NCBI GenBank assembly: GCA_027345185.1
Contig: DAHWIK010000038.1
Location: 1-48,997 of the forward strand
Length of the DNA stretch: 48,997 nt
Source: Candidatus Micrarchaeota archaeon
GTDB taxonomy: Archaea; Micrarchaeota; Micrarchaeia; Micrarchaeales; CABMGC01
Direction of reading: 5' to 3'
Part shown: in pieces, positions 1 through 9,493 of the stretch
Layout of the letters: the number at the start of each line of letters is the position of its first letter
How positions within the stretch are numbered: position 1 is the stretch's first letter
Translations under genes and position numbers: made by a program
The notes under the pieces: model-generated
Databases searched by the model: none
What the model saw: only the letters and a program-made list of their open reading frames with translations
Told to the model about the DNA's origin: nothing

Positions 1-29
1 TTGTACTTCGTACGGAGAGTGTCAACATC

Positions 30-69
30 CTCTTCCAACATGCCTGGTCGCATGTTTTTGTTGGAAGAG
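30..69. repeat. Perfect 11-bp inverted repeat (CTCTTCCAACA / TGTTGGAAGAG) separated by an 18-nt spacer
   Basis: Read directly: positions 30-40 are the reverse complement of 59-69. It lies upstream of the ORF starting at 138 and of a TTTTATAA box near 95. Confidence 0.8.
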
Positions 70-137
70 AAGGATTATCAGGATTTGTGGCACTTTTATA
101 ATACTGGAAGTTGTATTACTTTATGGGATTGCTATAA

Positions 138-923
138 ATGACCATCCCTCCAGCAGATGAAATACTTAAGAGTATTTCTGGATTGGATGCATACGCTACA
201 ATTAAATGGCTAACTTCTATTGGATTTACTGGATATATCGGTAAGAAAGGATACGAATCAGTAAAAAGTGCTGTACGTACTAAATTCGATGAGAAGAGAT
301 ATGCATTTCCACCAGACAAAGAGGAAGCCAATCTTTTATTACAGTTATCTAATGACTCCTCTTACAAACAAATGAAACTTCTAGTCCCACATTATAAGTA
401 CATAGATGTTGTAAGAACTGGTCTTTTACTTGAAAGATATCACAAAGAAAACACCTCAACTTCCAAAGAAAAGGCTGCCAATATAAACAAACAACTTAGT
501 AAAAGACCCAATGGCATTTTCTTAATAAAACTGGCAATACTTTCTGGTCAGAACGAATCTTTTGGGGCTTTATTACAGTATCTTTATGACCTGAAAACTA
601 AAGAGAATTATTCTGAATCCCAGTTAGAAGAAAAACTTAATGAAAATTTGCAAGCTTGGGATTTATCGTCAAAATTATTCAATAATGATAATAAAATTGA
701 AGATGTAATAGATTTCTGTAAGGCAAAAGTTAATGAGCAACATAGAGAGATATTTTTGATAGGAATGAAACATGCTTCAGATATGATAGTAAGCGGTCTT
801 GATACACTTAACGAAGAAAAGTATTTTGAAAGGAATAATTACAAAAGCTTTACAACTACTCTGAGAGAAGGTGCACAGCCACGTACAACTGCAGTAATTC
901 GCAAACTTGACGTTCTTAGTTAA
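138..923 (+). CDS. Hypothetical protein, AT-rich cargo gene of the integrated element
   Basis: 261-aa ORF with Lys/Asn/Glu-rich composition. I recognise no motif. A TATA-like box lies upstream and a hairpin terminator downstream. Confidence 0.55.
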   Translation: MTIPPADEILKSISGLDAYATIKWLTSIGFTGYIGKKGYESVKSAVRTKFDEKRYAFPPDKEEANLLLQLSNDSSYKQMKLLVPHYKYIDVVRTGLLLERYHKENTSTSKEKAANINKQLSKRPNGIFLIKLAILSGQNESFGALLQYLYDLKTKENYSESQLEEKLNENLQAWDLSSKLFNNDNKIEDVIDFCKAKVNEQHREIFLIGMKHASDMIVSGLDTLNEEKYFERNNYKSFTTTLREGAQPRTTAVIRKLDVLS

Positions 924-970
924 TCAATTAAAAAGGTCTTTTCTTCTTTCATTAGTTCAGACGCCGAGAA

Positions 971-992
971 ACCGCCGACTAAAGTCGGCGGT
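971..992. terminator. Perfect 10-bp stem hairpin (ACCGCCGACT aa AGTCGGCGGT) between convergent genes
   Basis: Read directly. It lies between the stop of the + ORF at 923 and the stop of the integrase at 1007. Confidence 0.6.
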
Positions 993-1006
993 TATTCATT
1001 ATACCC

Positions 1007-1789
1007 TTAAGAAAACGCCCTCTCAATCGCCCCATAAAGCTCTGTCTTGTCCGTGTTTATGTAAGTCATGGTGACGTTGGGGTCGTGATGCCTTGCGAAG
1101 CGTGAGGTCAATATAAGATTACCATTCGTAGCCCTTGCGAACTTGGTTATTGCGTAGTGTCTGAGGCTGTGCGTTGTGAGCCTATGCAACCTTCTAGGCG
1201 TCCTTCCCTTATCCTCGTTGCTCAAATCATAGACTTCATCGAGCCTAGCAAGCTGAATGTAATGCCTGAACCGGTTCCTTACGTAATTGACATCAACCCT
1301 GATATTGTGGGCTTGGCTCATGCTTGTCTTGGTATAGAACAGATAGCCCTGAGCCTGCTCTATCTCCTTCTTATTATCCTCTATGAAGCTCCTGGTCTTC
1401 TCGAATAAGCTCAAGGGCATAATCAGTATGTCTAGCGTCCTAGCCTTCTCAGTCCTTAGCGTAAGCTCCCTAGTGGCAAAGTCTATGTCCTGCACCCTTA
1501 CATTCACCACCTCACCCACCCTAAGCCCCAGATAAGCCTGAAATTCAAAGAGAAGCCTGAACTTGTGGTTATCTATGCCCATAAGGAAAGCCTGAAGCTG
1601 TGGTTCTGTGAAGCCCTTATTCAGCGAGCCGTATTTTGGTATCTTTGGTCTGGGCTTGAACCGCTTGCTGAAGTGCTTGGATATCATTCCCTGCATCTTC
1701 TCTATCTTGTGCTTGCCTAGTGAAGGCAGGAGAGCCTCAAGCTCCGCAGTTACCCTTTCAAGCTCTTGCTCTTTATTAGCTCTATCCAC
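1007..1789 (-). CDS. Tyrosine recombinase / phage-type integrase
   Basis: Catalytic signature is spread as LGLRVGEV (Arg), HSLRHY (His-x-x-Arg) and ARHHDPNVTMTYI (His ... Tyr). The gene lies next to a tRNA. Confidence 0.88.
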   Translation of the reverse strand: MDRANKEQELERVTAELEALLPSLGKHKIEKMQGMISKHFSKRFKPRPKIPKYGSLNKGFTEPQLQAFLMGIDNHKFRLLFEFQAYLGLRVGEVVNVRVQDIDFATRELTLRTEKARTLDILIMPLSLFEKTRSFIEDNKKEIEQAQGYLFYTKTSMSQAHNIRVDVNYVRNRFRHYIQLARLDEVYDLSNEDKGRTPRRLHRLTTHSLRHYAITKFARATNGNLILTSRFARHHDPNVTMTYINTDKTELYGAIERAFS

Positions 1790-2013
1790 TATATCCCCTC
1801 ATTCCCCTTCCTATCCAGCAGCCTATCGAGCTTCTCAAGAACCTCGTTGAGCCTTACGATGGCCCTGGCGTGGGCCTCTATCTGGGCTGCGTAGTAGTTC
1901 AGGTGCTCGCTCTGGGTGAGCTGGGAGGCTGTGAGGGCTTGCTGGGCTTGGGCCAGGCTGGAACTTGAGCTTGATGGCAGCTTGGCTAGGGCTAGGATTT
2001 CCGAACTCTTCAA
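1789..2013 (-). CDS. Small coiled-coil hypothetical protein upstream of the integrase (possible excisionase or regulator, unproven)
   Basis: 74-aa ORF whose stop overlaps the integrase start codon by one base. It has a Ser-run followed by a heptad-like helical segment. No recognisable domain. Confidence 0.35.
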   Translation of the reverse strand: MKSSEILALAKLPSSSSSSLAQAQQALTASQLTQSEHLNYYAAQIEAHARAIVRLNEVLEKLDRLLDRKGNEGI

Positions 2014-2078
2014 AAAGAAAACCGAACTCTTCTGGTTTAAGAGCGTTTTCCTACTACGAGTAGAAGTAGATGATGAAA

Positions 2079-2149
2079 TGGGGGTAAGGAGAATTGAACT
2101 CCTGCCTGCAGAATGTCAATCTGCCATCCTACCACTAGACGATACCCCC
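2079..2149 (-). tRNA. tRNA-Val (anticodon GAC), with no encoded CCA
   Basis: The reverse complement reads GGGGGTATCGTCTAGTGGTAGGATGGCAGATTGACATTCTGCAGGCAGGAGTTCAATTCTCCTTACCCCCA. Acceptor stem is GGGGGTA/TACCCCC, anticodon stem GCAGA/TCTGC with loop TTGACAT, and T arm AGGAG-TTCAATT-CTCCT. Confidence 0.9.
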
Positions 2150-2166
2150 GCAAAATTAAGTTCTTT

Positions 2167-3060
2167 CTAAACAATTATAATATCTCCGTCCTCGGCCACA
2201 TTGGAATTCTTGAAAACTGCCTTTGCCTCCTTCTCAAGCCTCTCGACTGAGCTGTGCCTTGCGCTTATGTGGGTCAATACCAGGCGCTTAGCCTTTGCGG
2301 CCTTAGCTATTGCCGCAGCCTCGCCAGAAGTCGAGTGCTTCCTCTCCTTTGCAAGATTGCTCTCTCCTTCCGAGTATGACGATTCGTGTATCAGCAGGTC
2401 TGCGCCCATTGACGCAAGTACTGTAGATTTTGACGGCCTTGTATCCGTGGCATAAACCACAATCTTGCTTTTCTGCACGGTGGTTACGCTATCTAGAGTT
2501 ATCTTCCTTTTCTTGATCCTTATCCAGCCGCGTTCCTGAAGCACCGAGTGCATCCTGCCCTTTATCCCGAGCCGTTCCGCCTTTTCCACTATGAACCTGC
2601 GCCTGTCGTTCTCCCTGAATACGTATCCGCATGACGATATGGTGTGATTGGTAGGGAATGCGGAAACTGAGAACTCCCTTGTTCTGTAAACGATCCCGGA
2701 GCGTATACCGTGTATGTTTATCCTGTAGGTCATCAGCGCCTTGTCGAAGGAGATCAGCGCCTTTATGACTCTCTCGTATCCCACAGGCACGAATATTTCA
2801 AGATCAGCGCTCCGCCTGTTCATGGCCATGGTCCTGACAAGCCCCGCAAGGCCTATTATGTGGTCACCGTGCGTGTGGCTTATGAATATCGCGTTTATCT
2901 TCGAGAAGTTTATGCCATACTTTATCATCTGCATCTGGGTTCCCTCACCGCAATCGAAAAGTATGATGCTACCATTGTAGGTCAGCGCAATGCCGGGCAT
3001 TGCCCTGCTCTTAGTTGGCGACGAGCCAGATGTGCCAAGCATTGTTATCCTGATCTCCAT
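2167..3060 (-). CDS. rnz: Ribonuclease Z (tRNA 3' endonuclease, metallo-beta-lactamase fold)
   Basis: ISHTHGDHIIGL His motif, N-terminal ITMLGTSGSSPT, length about 300 aa. Confidence 0.85.
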   Translation of the reverse strand: MEIRITMLGTSGSSPTKSRAMPGIALTYNGSIILFDCGEGTQMQMIKYGINFSKINAIFISHTHGDHIIGLAGLVRTMAMNRRSADLEIFVPVGYERVIKALISFDKALMTYRINIHGIRSGIVYRTREFSVSAFPTNHTISSCGYVFRENDRRRFIVEKAERLGIKGRMHSVLQERGWIRIKKRKITLDSVTTVQKSKIVVYATDTRPSKSTVLASMGADLLIHESSYSEGESNLAKERKHSTSGEAAAIAKAAKAKRLVLTHISARHSSVERLEKEAKAVFKNSNVAEDGDIIIV

Positions 3061-3064
3061 GATG

Positions 3065-4174
3065 CTACACCTCTATGATGACTGTTCTGTCCTTGAGGCT
3101 GAGCTCTTCCACGTTCAACTCCGGAAACTCCTGTCTAAGCTCCTCGACAGTGGGCTTCCTTCTCTCCCGTATCCTCATTATCAGCGCGTTTATCTCCCCC
3201 ATCCTCTCAAATATCCTCTTGCCGTACTGCGCATATGTCTCAGAATCATCGTTGAACTGCCTTACAAGATCCCTCTGCTTAGCTATCACCGCGTCGATCT
3301 CACTGGTGTCATTAACTACAGAATCATTTTTCGTGCTTGAGCGCTCTGTTATGCTGGCCCTGTCCAGCATCTCGCTTATGCTTGCGCATGCCTCATGCTC
3401 AAACCCGTCGTACTTTTTCAGCTGCACTACTGAATAGTCGATTGCGACACCGTCCTTCATGTAGATGACCGGAGTCGGCGATTTTATCCTCTCAAGGAAA
3501 GAGAGTATAGAATCCCTCAGGGCGCCTATCTGCGCAGGGGCAAGCCCTTCCTTGGGATTAAGTCCTGCCGAGACTATAATGTCCTCCAGGTATATCGGCC
3601 CTATGTTGAGGTATCTTGAAAGCTCTGATATTGTCCTGTTTCGAGATTCGGATATCTTGTTCAGAATCGATTCTACCTTTTCAGCGTCAAGATCGTCTAT
3701 CGTTGCGCTCTCGCTTTTTGGGAGCACGTAGCTGAGCTTCGGCTTTACCTCCCTGTCCCTGTATGATATCAGCTTGTATGCCAGCTCGACGGTGTTGCCT
3801 TCATCAACCACTACGAGGTTGCCCCTGCCGAACATCTCCATTATTATCCTGTGCTTTGCACCCCTGCCCTGCACCTCGATCACCGCTATCCTGTCGCTTC
3901 CATACTGGTAAAAATCGGTGACTTTGGAATCCTCAACCCTCTTCCTCACCGCAACGGCAAAATTTGTCGCTGCTCCAGACTCCTCCACAAAGGAGGTCTC
4001 GTTCAGGGTGTTGAGCAGATTGCAGTATATCACGAAGTTGCCTTCTCCTCCGTGGAACGAGAACCTAAACGAATCCCCGCCGAGGTCGTAGAATTTCTTA
4101 AGGTAGCTTCCAATGATCTTGCCCCTGAGCTCCTTTATCACAAGCCCAAGTTCAAGCGCAGTTATCCCGTGCAT
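3065..4174 (-). CDS. NFACT-N domain protein (short RqcH/Rqc2/FbpA-like)
   Basis: The N-terminus (ITALELGLVIKELRGKIIGSYLKKFYD ... FRFSFHG) and the GSDRIAVIEV (DR) motif are typical of NFACT-N. The C-terminal half is coiled-coil-like. At 369 aa it is far shorter than the ~650 aa typical for archaeal NFACT proteins. Confidence 0.6.
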   Translation of the reverse strand: MHGITALELGLVIKELRGKIIGSYLKKFYDLGGDSFRFSFHGGEGNFVIYCNLLNTLNETSFVEESGAATNFAVAVRKRVEDSKVTDFYQYGSDRIAVIEVQGRGAKHRIIMEMFGRGNLVVVDEGNTVELAYKLISYRDREVKPKLSYVLPKSESATIDDLDAEKVESILNKISESRNRTISELSRYLNIGPIYLEDIIVSAGLNPKEGLAPAQIGALRDSILSFLERIKSPTPVIYMKDGVAIDYSVVQLKKYDGFEHEACASISEMLDRASITERSSTKNDSVVNDTSEIDAVIAKQRDLVRQFNDDSETYAQYGKRIFERMGEINALIMRIRERRKPTVEELRQEFPELNVEELSLKDRTVIIEV

Positions 4175-4184
4175 GAGTATCAGA

Positions 4185-4991
4185 CTACCTCTTTCTCCTT
4201 TTTGCGCCTTCCTCCTTTATTATTCCGGCGAAGAGTTCTGCCTGCTTCCTTGCCTTGGAAGATTGCTCTATGGCTGTTCCTATCTGTACAATGTCGGCTC
4301 CAGCCTTCAGTGTTGCCTTAAGCTGCTCTGTTGTGCGTATGCCCCCTGCAACTATGTACGGAACCGATATCGTGCTCTTTACTGCGCGCACCATGTCTGG
4401 AGGGACAGGTCCGCTGCCCTGTATCTGCGGATTTGATCCGGCATCAGTTATTATGAACCTGTTGCCAAGGAACTCCCCAGCAAGCGCAAGAGACGCCGCT
4501 ATCTTTGATTTCTCCCTTGGTATGAGGTTGACGTCACCTACCCATCCTACCGTGCCTCCAGGCGAGACCACTATGTATCCCACAGGAAGGGGCTCCATAT
4601 TCATCTGCTTTACTATTGGTGCGGAGAGCATCTGCGCATGCGTTATCCAGTAAGTGCTCCTTGCGTTTAGCAGTGACATGAAGTACATCGCATCTGCATA
4701 TTTTGTGAGCGTGGCTATATTTCCTGGGAAGAGAACCACGGGAGATGAGACTGCGTCCTTTATTCCCTTGGCTACTCTGTCAAGAAGCTCTCCCTGTGCC
4801 CCTGTGCTCCCGCCTATAAGTATCAAATCAGATCCACCCCTGTCTGCTTCAGCCGCTGTCTTTATGGCTATCTCCGGCGTCTTGTAGTCTACCGGGTCTA
4901 TTAGCGTGAACATCAGCGCCCCCTTCTTCTCCAGACTCTCGTATATGTATCTTTCAGTCTTTCCAATCTTAAGTGCCATCAAATCCACCAT
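4185..4991 (-). CDS. Geranylgeranylglyceryl phosphate synthase (PcrB/GGGPS family)
   Basis: FTLIDP, DLILIGGSTG, FFMSLLN, GFRL-like FIITDAGS and IVAGGIRT blocks align with archaeal GGGPS as I recall it from Thermoplasma. Confidence 0.88.
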   Translation of the reverse strand: MVDLMALKIGKTERYIYESLEKKGALMFTLIDPVDYKTPEIAIKTAAEADRGGSDLILIGGSTGAQGELLDRVAKGIKDAVSSPVVLFPGNIATLTKYADAMYFMSLLNARSTYWITHAQMLSAPIVKQMNMEPLPVGYIVVSPGGTVGWVGDVNLIPREKSKIAASLALAGEFLGNRFIITDAGSNPQIQGSGPVPPDMVRAVKSTISVPYIVAGGIRTTEQLKATLKAGADIVQIGTAIEQSSKARKQAELFAGIIKEEGAKRRKR

Positions 4992-5006
4992 CGTATAAAT
5001 GCAAAT

Positions 5007-5996
5007 TCATCCGTTGCTCAGGAAATTCCTCACCATGTCTATCGTAGCATCCCTTACGTCTATGCTCGGCCTCCATCCGAGCTCCTTCTTTATCTTGCTT
5101 ATATCTATTATCCTGTTGCTCATGAGGAACCTAAGCTCGTCGCTGTCAAGCCCTCTGCTCTTGGCAACAAGGTTCACCACGAGCTGGCTTATGTGCTTCT
5201 TCGGCTTCTCGACCTTGAGCATCTCGGCCGCGAGCCCGATCAGCCCCTCCTGCGTGTACTTGACCCCGTCGCTGAGGTTGTATACGTTCCTGTTGCCCTT
5301 CTTCTCCTCTGCAACGAGAAGCAGCGCGCTGAGCACATCCTCTATGTTTACAATGGCAAGATTATTCTTGCCGTCACCTATTATGTACGCCTTTCCTGTC
5401 TTTATCGCCTTGAAGAGCTTGAAATAAGAGCCCTCGAATCCGCTTCCGTATATCGTTGCCATCCTGAGTATGGTGTAGTCTATCTTGTCCCCGTATTCTA
5501 AGATCTTCCTCTCCGCGAGTGCCTTGCTGTAGCCATACTTGTCCGTCGGGTTCAGCGTAGATTCCTCTGTCAGCGCCTCATCCCGCGCCCTGCCGTACAC
5601 GTCGACACTGCTTGTGAATATTAGATGGCCTACGCCATTCTTCCTGCACGCCTCTAGCACGTTCTCCGTTCCGCTAACATTTACGTCCATGAGCGTCTTT
5701 GTGGGCTCCTTGTACTCGCTCACTACGGCGGCAAGATGATAGACTATGTCCGCTCCCCTGCACGCCTCGCTTAGCACCTTCTTGTTGTTGAGGTCGCCCA
5801 CATAAGGCACCACTCCGGCTGGCATCGTATGCATGAAATCCCTGTCATGCGAAAGCGCCCTTACCATGTAGCCGTTCCTCACCAGGGCCCTTGAGAGGCT
5901 CCTGCCTATCCTCCCTCCCCCTCCAGTAACGAAAACCACCTTTCCCTTGCCGCTCTTCTTAAGGTTGAACAATTCATCTTTTGTCTTGGGTGTCAT
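5007..5996 (-). CDS. NAD-dependent nucleotide-sugar epimerase/dehydratase (extended SDR)
   Basis: VTGGGGRIGRSL Rossmann motif and the YGYSK catalytic Tyr-x-x-x-Lys. Confidence 0.8.
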   Translation of the reverse strand: MTPKTKDELFNLKKSGKGKVVFVTGGGGRIGRSLSRALVRNGYMVRALSHDRDFMHTMPAGVVPYVGDLNNKKVLSEACRGADIVYHLAAVVSEYKEPTKTLMDVNVSGTENVLEACRKNGVGHLIFTSSVDVYGRARDEALTEESTLNPTDKYGYSKALAERKILEYGDKIDYTILRMATIYGSGFEGSYFKLFKAIKTGKAYIIGDGKNNLAIVNIEDVLSALLLVAEEKKGNRNVYNLSDGVKYTQEGLIGLAAEMLKVEKPKKHISQLVVNLVAKSRGLDSDELRFLMSNRIIDISKIKKELGWRPSIDVRDATIDMVRNFLSNG

Positions 5997-6831
5997 TCAT
6001 ATTCCCCTCTTTAAGCAATCTTCCAGCAACAAATCTCATATATCCCTCTGGTGCGTTGTTCATTGCGTACTTTATCCAGTCCTTTCCGAACGGCACAAGA
6101 ACGCTTACCTTTGCGCCTCTCTTAATCGCCTTCCCTATCTTCTTCTCGCTGTACCCGAACTCGAACTCCATGCATACGTCGGACTTGTGCCTGCTCCTCA
6201 GAACCTGCGAGACTGATTTATCGGGCAGGTTGGAGAGCACTATGCTCGGGAAGCTCTTCTTGAGAGATTCTATCCTCTTTATTATGTCATCCTTTCCGTC
6301 AGGGGAATAGTCCTTGAACATGAGCTTCACTGCTCCAGCCGTAGCCCCGTGTCTGGCGTAATCCGCGGCCTTATTGCGGTCAACTACCAGGCCGACCCCC
6401 TTCATCTTCGCTATCGGTGATATGGCCGAAGCTGGCATTCCGTCAGTGTCTGCCCAAAGGAAGACGCCGTACTTATTGCCAACCTCCACTATCTCCTTGA
6501 AATTCTCCAATGCGATATCGCTGCCGATTCCCGAGCCGAGCTGTTCAAGGCCTACATGCACTCCAGCCTTTATCCCTGACCTGGCTATCCTCCTCACAAG
6601 CTCGCTGTAAGTAGTAGTTATGTACTTGGCTTTAGCCCTGTCGGTCACGTTAGAGCTTAGGAATGTGAGCGACGCGGGTATGTTCTTGCTGTTGAGATTC
6701 CTTGCCACTTCAAGGGCCGAATCCATTGTTGTACCTGCGATATGTTTGCGCACAAGCCTGTGTATTATCCTTTCTACTATAGGTTCTGGATCCAAGGAAA
6801 CCACAGCAACTAAATATGTGTAAAGACTCAC
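5974..6831 (-). CDS. Proline dehydrogenase family protein
   Basis: VRKHIAGTTMDSALEVARNLNSKNI, FLWADTDG and the C-terminal EFEFGY ... VPFGKDW blocks parallel monofunctional ProDH (Thermus type, from memory). Confidence 0.6.
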   Translation of the reverse strand: MSLYTYLVAVVSLDPEPIVERIIHRLVRKHIAGTTMDSALEVARNLNSKNIPASLTFLSSNVTDRAKAKYITTTYSELVRRIARSGIKAGVHVGLEQLGSGIGSDIALENFKEIVEVGNKYGVFLWADTDGMPASAISPIAKMKGVGLVVDRNKAADYARHGATAGAVKLMFKDYSPDGKDDIIKRIESLKKSFPSIVLSNLPDKSVSQVLRSRHKSDVCMEFEFGYSEKKIGKAIKRGAKVSVLVPFGKDWIKYAMNNAPEGYMRFVAGRLLKEGNMNDTQDKR

Positions 6832-6874
6832 TTATATAATATGTCGTTCAGAGATAGAGCATATAGATGCCACA

Positions 6875-8092
6875 ATGCTCACTCTATCAAAGGAAAAAGG
6901 CACAGGCGGAAAGGTGAAGAGCTCTCCAGAGGACTTCATAGTAAGGGAGATAGAGGCAAACGGAGCAGTGCTTAAGGAGGGCGTCAAGTACTCCCCTGGC
7001 GACGTCGGAGAATCGCAGGATGAGGATGGAGAGTTTACGAAGTTCGTGCTCCAGAAGAGGGACTGGGACACAATACACGCGCTGATAACCATAGGCAAGC
7101 TGCTCGGCAGGGGAAAGAAGTCAATAGGCTACTTCGGCTCCAAGGACAGGCTATCCGTCTCCACCCAGCTGGCAAGCCTGTACGGAGTAGATCCGCTTCA
7201 GCTCATGCAGATAAAGATAAAGGACATATCGATAAACGGGGCATGGAAGAGCAAGACTGCCGTGGATCTGGGAAAGAACATAGGCAACTCATTCTCCGCG
7301 ACGATAAGGGAATGCAAGGACCCTGACAGGATAAAGGCCGTGGCAGAGGAGCTTGACGGGTTCATGCCTAATTACTTCGACAGGCAGAGGTTCGGCATAC
7401 GCATGAACAACGCGGAGATAGGAATGTGCACGATACGCGGTGAGTTCGAGGACGCGGTTATGAAGTTCCTTACGGACACGCAGTTCGAGACTAACAAGGC
7501 CTCCGTGGAAGCGAGGAAGAGGCTCAAGGAGGAGATGGACTTCAAGAAGGCTGCAGAGTATTTCCCAAAGAACCTGAGGAACGAGAGGATGGCTATAGAG
7601 TACCTGGCCAGGTACGACAACTATGCCAATGCGCTGAGGAAGATACCAAGAGGCATTCTTGTCATGTTCATACACTCGGTGCAGTCGATGGTATTCAACA
7701 AGGCGCTCGAGATGAGGATAAAGGACGAAGACTTCAAGTCCAATCTCAGCTGCAGGAAGAACTTCTACGGATTCCCAGACATAGGGAGCATGGGTGCAGG
7801 CAGCGGGGATTTCGCACTGGCAAACCTTATAGGATACGAGACAAAGCCGGAGCTCATAGACGATTACGAAAGGGAGGTGCTGGAAAAGGCAGGCCTCCAG
7901 CCAGGCGACATGAAGATAAAATCGATGCCGGAGCTGAGCATGAAGGGCTCGCATAGGGTGCTGCTTGCCCCTGTAAAGGATCTCTCATATGTATCAGAAG
8001 AGGACTCCGCAAAGGTTGATTTCTCTATACCGGCAGGAAGCTACGCCACGATACTCCTAGCCGAGATAACAAAGAACCAGGAGAGCATATAA
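6875..8092 (+). CDS. truD: tRNA pseudouridine synthase TruD/Pus7 family
   Basis: SPEDFIVREI near the N-terminus and the GSKDRLSVSTQ catalytic-Asp motif (GxKD). Confidence 0.85.
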   Translation: MLTLSKEKGTGGKVKSSPEDFIVREIEANGAVLKEGVKYSPGDVGESQDEDGEFTKFVLQKRDWDTIHALITIGKLLGRGKKSIGYFGSKDRLSVSTQLASLYGVDPLQLMQIKIKDISINGAWKSKTAVDLGKNIGNSFSATIRECKDPDRIKAVAEELDGFMPNYFDRQRFGIRMNNAEIGMCTIRGEFEDAVMKFLTDTQFETNKASVEARKRLKEEMDFKKAAEYFPKNLRNERMAIEYLARYDNYANALRKIPRGILVMFIHSVQSMVFNKALEMRIKDEDFKSNLSCRKNFYGFPDIGSMGAGSGDFALANLIGYETKPELIDDYEREVLEKAGLQPGDMKIKSMPELSMKGSHRVLLAPVKDLSYVSEEDSAKVDFSIPAGSYATILLAEITKNQESI

Positions 8093-8230
8093 TCAGCATG
8101 ATTCTTTGCTGGCATACCAAAACAACAAGACTGTTAATAATTCTGCTAAAAATTGACATGTTTAAATACGAGTTTTGCGCACAATATTGATGCTGTTGAT
8201 GCACCAAATTGCGTCAATTGCATTGCTGGT

Positions 8231-9493
8231 ATGATGATACGACCAAAGATAAAAGAGCAGCCGAATGAGGACCGCAGGTCAGTCATCAAAAGCGTTGCTC
8301 GGAAGGCCGCTGCAGTGGCGCTTGCAGCCTCGCTGAGCATAGGCGCAGGCGCAGCATTTGGCTCATCCAATTCCATTCCAATTGCAGCAGATGCTTATGC
8401 CACGCAGACCTGCAGCGGACAGGTCGCTGCCGCAACGCAGATATCACTGGATCACACTGTCGATCCGGTTATTGCCAATGCGGATAACAAGGCAATGTCC
8501 GCCCTTCAGAAGATGTACAATCCGTCCACCGGCCTATTCAACGGCGCGCAATGGTGGCAGCAGCCAGTGATCCTCCAGACTATAATGGATTATTCGCAGC
8601 TGTCCCATAATTACAAGTACATGGGTGATGTCTGCAGGACATTCGTGCTGAACAGAGGCGGAAATTTCCTGAATGCCTTTAATGACGACGAAGGATGGTG
8701 GGCGCAGGCCTGGCTCCAGGCGTACGGAATGACAAAAAACCCGCAGTATCTGGGCATGGCCAAATCACTGTTTAACAACATGTCCGAAAGTTGGAACGGC
8801 GAATGCGGCGGAGGAATATTGTGGTACAAATACGGTCCATACAAAAACGCAATCGCAAACGAATTATTCATGAGCGTTGCGCTGTCGCTATACTCTGCAA
8901 CCGGTGACAAGGCCTATCTGGACTGGTCGTTCAAGGAGTATGATTGGTTCATGCGCACCGGGCTCCTGGGACGCTCAAATCAGGTAAAAGACGGACTTGG
9001 CAGAGGCTGCGTCGCAGGCGGAGGCATATGGACGTACAACCAGGGCGAACTTATCGGCGCACTTACCCGCCTCACACGGATAACAGGAAACAAGCTATAT
9101 ATCGGAAAGGCAGAGGCAATTGCAACATCAAACGATGCTGAGAGCACCGGCAAATCCGGCACACTTCATGAAATAGGCTGCGCCCACACCAGTCACTGCA
9201 ACATAAGCACCGACAATTTAGGCTCAGGCAATTCAAAGCGCACGACAGGATTTTCAGTCGATAACGCACAGTTCAAGGGCATATACATCATGAACTTATA
9301 CTATATGTACCAGACGGATCACAATGCCGCATATCTAGACTTCATTCTTAAGAATGCACGCGCTATCGAGTCAAAAGACAACAATGGCAGGAACATCATC
9401 GGCCTGAACTGGAGCGATCCATCACGATATTGGAGCGTGACAGAGGCAAGTACCCAGGCCAGCGGCATTGCTGCCCTGAATGCAGGCCAATAA
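8231..9493 (+). CDS. Secreted glycoside hydrolase family 76-like protein (alpha-1,6-mannanase-like) with a Tat-type signal
   Basis: FNDDEGWWAQAWLQAY (the GH76 DD motif context) and WWQQP. The N-terminus is MMIRPK..DRRSVIK followed by an Ala-rich hydrophobic stretch, which looks like a twin-arginine signal. The ORF is open from 8153, but I prefer the ATG at 8231. Confidence 0.6.
   Translation: MMIRPKIKEQPNEDRRSVIKSVARKAAAVALAASLSIGAGAAFGSSNSIPIAADAYATQTCSGQVAAATQISLDHTVDPVIANADNKAMSALQKMYNPSTGLFNGAQWWQQPVILQTIMDYSQLSHNYKYMGDVCRTFVLNRGGNFLNAFNDDEGWWAQAWLQAYGMTKNPQYLGMAKSLFNNMSESWNGECGGGILWYKYGPYKNAIANELFMSVALSLYSATGDKAYLDWSFKEYDWFMRTGLLGRSNQVKDGLGRGCVAGGGIWTYNQGELIGALTRLTRITGNKLYIGKAEAIATSNDAESTGKSGTLHEIGCAHTSHCNISTDNLGSGNSKRTTGFSVDNAQFKGIYIMNLYYMYQTDHNAAYLDFILKNARAIESKDNNGRNIIGLNWSDPSRYWSVTEASTQASGIAALNAGQ

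Larger units (their letters stand above)
1..2078. mobile_element. Partial integrated element abutting the 3' end of tRNA-Val. It carries an integrase, a small ORF and an AT-rich cargo gene, and its left boundary lies outside the window
   Basis: An intact tyrosine recombinase gene sits about 290 nt from the tRNA 3' end. The first ~950 nt are visibly more AT-rich than the rest of the window. Integration at a tRNA 3' end is the classical arrangement. Confidence 0.6.

Noticed and set aside
7289-7954. 221-aa minus-strand ORF opposite truD
   Set aside because: It lies fully inside a gene with clear TruD motifs. Its Leu/Arg/His-rich, antisense-type composition is not protein-like.
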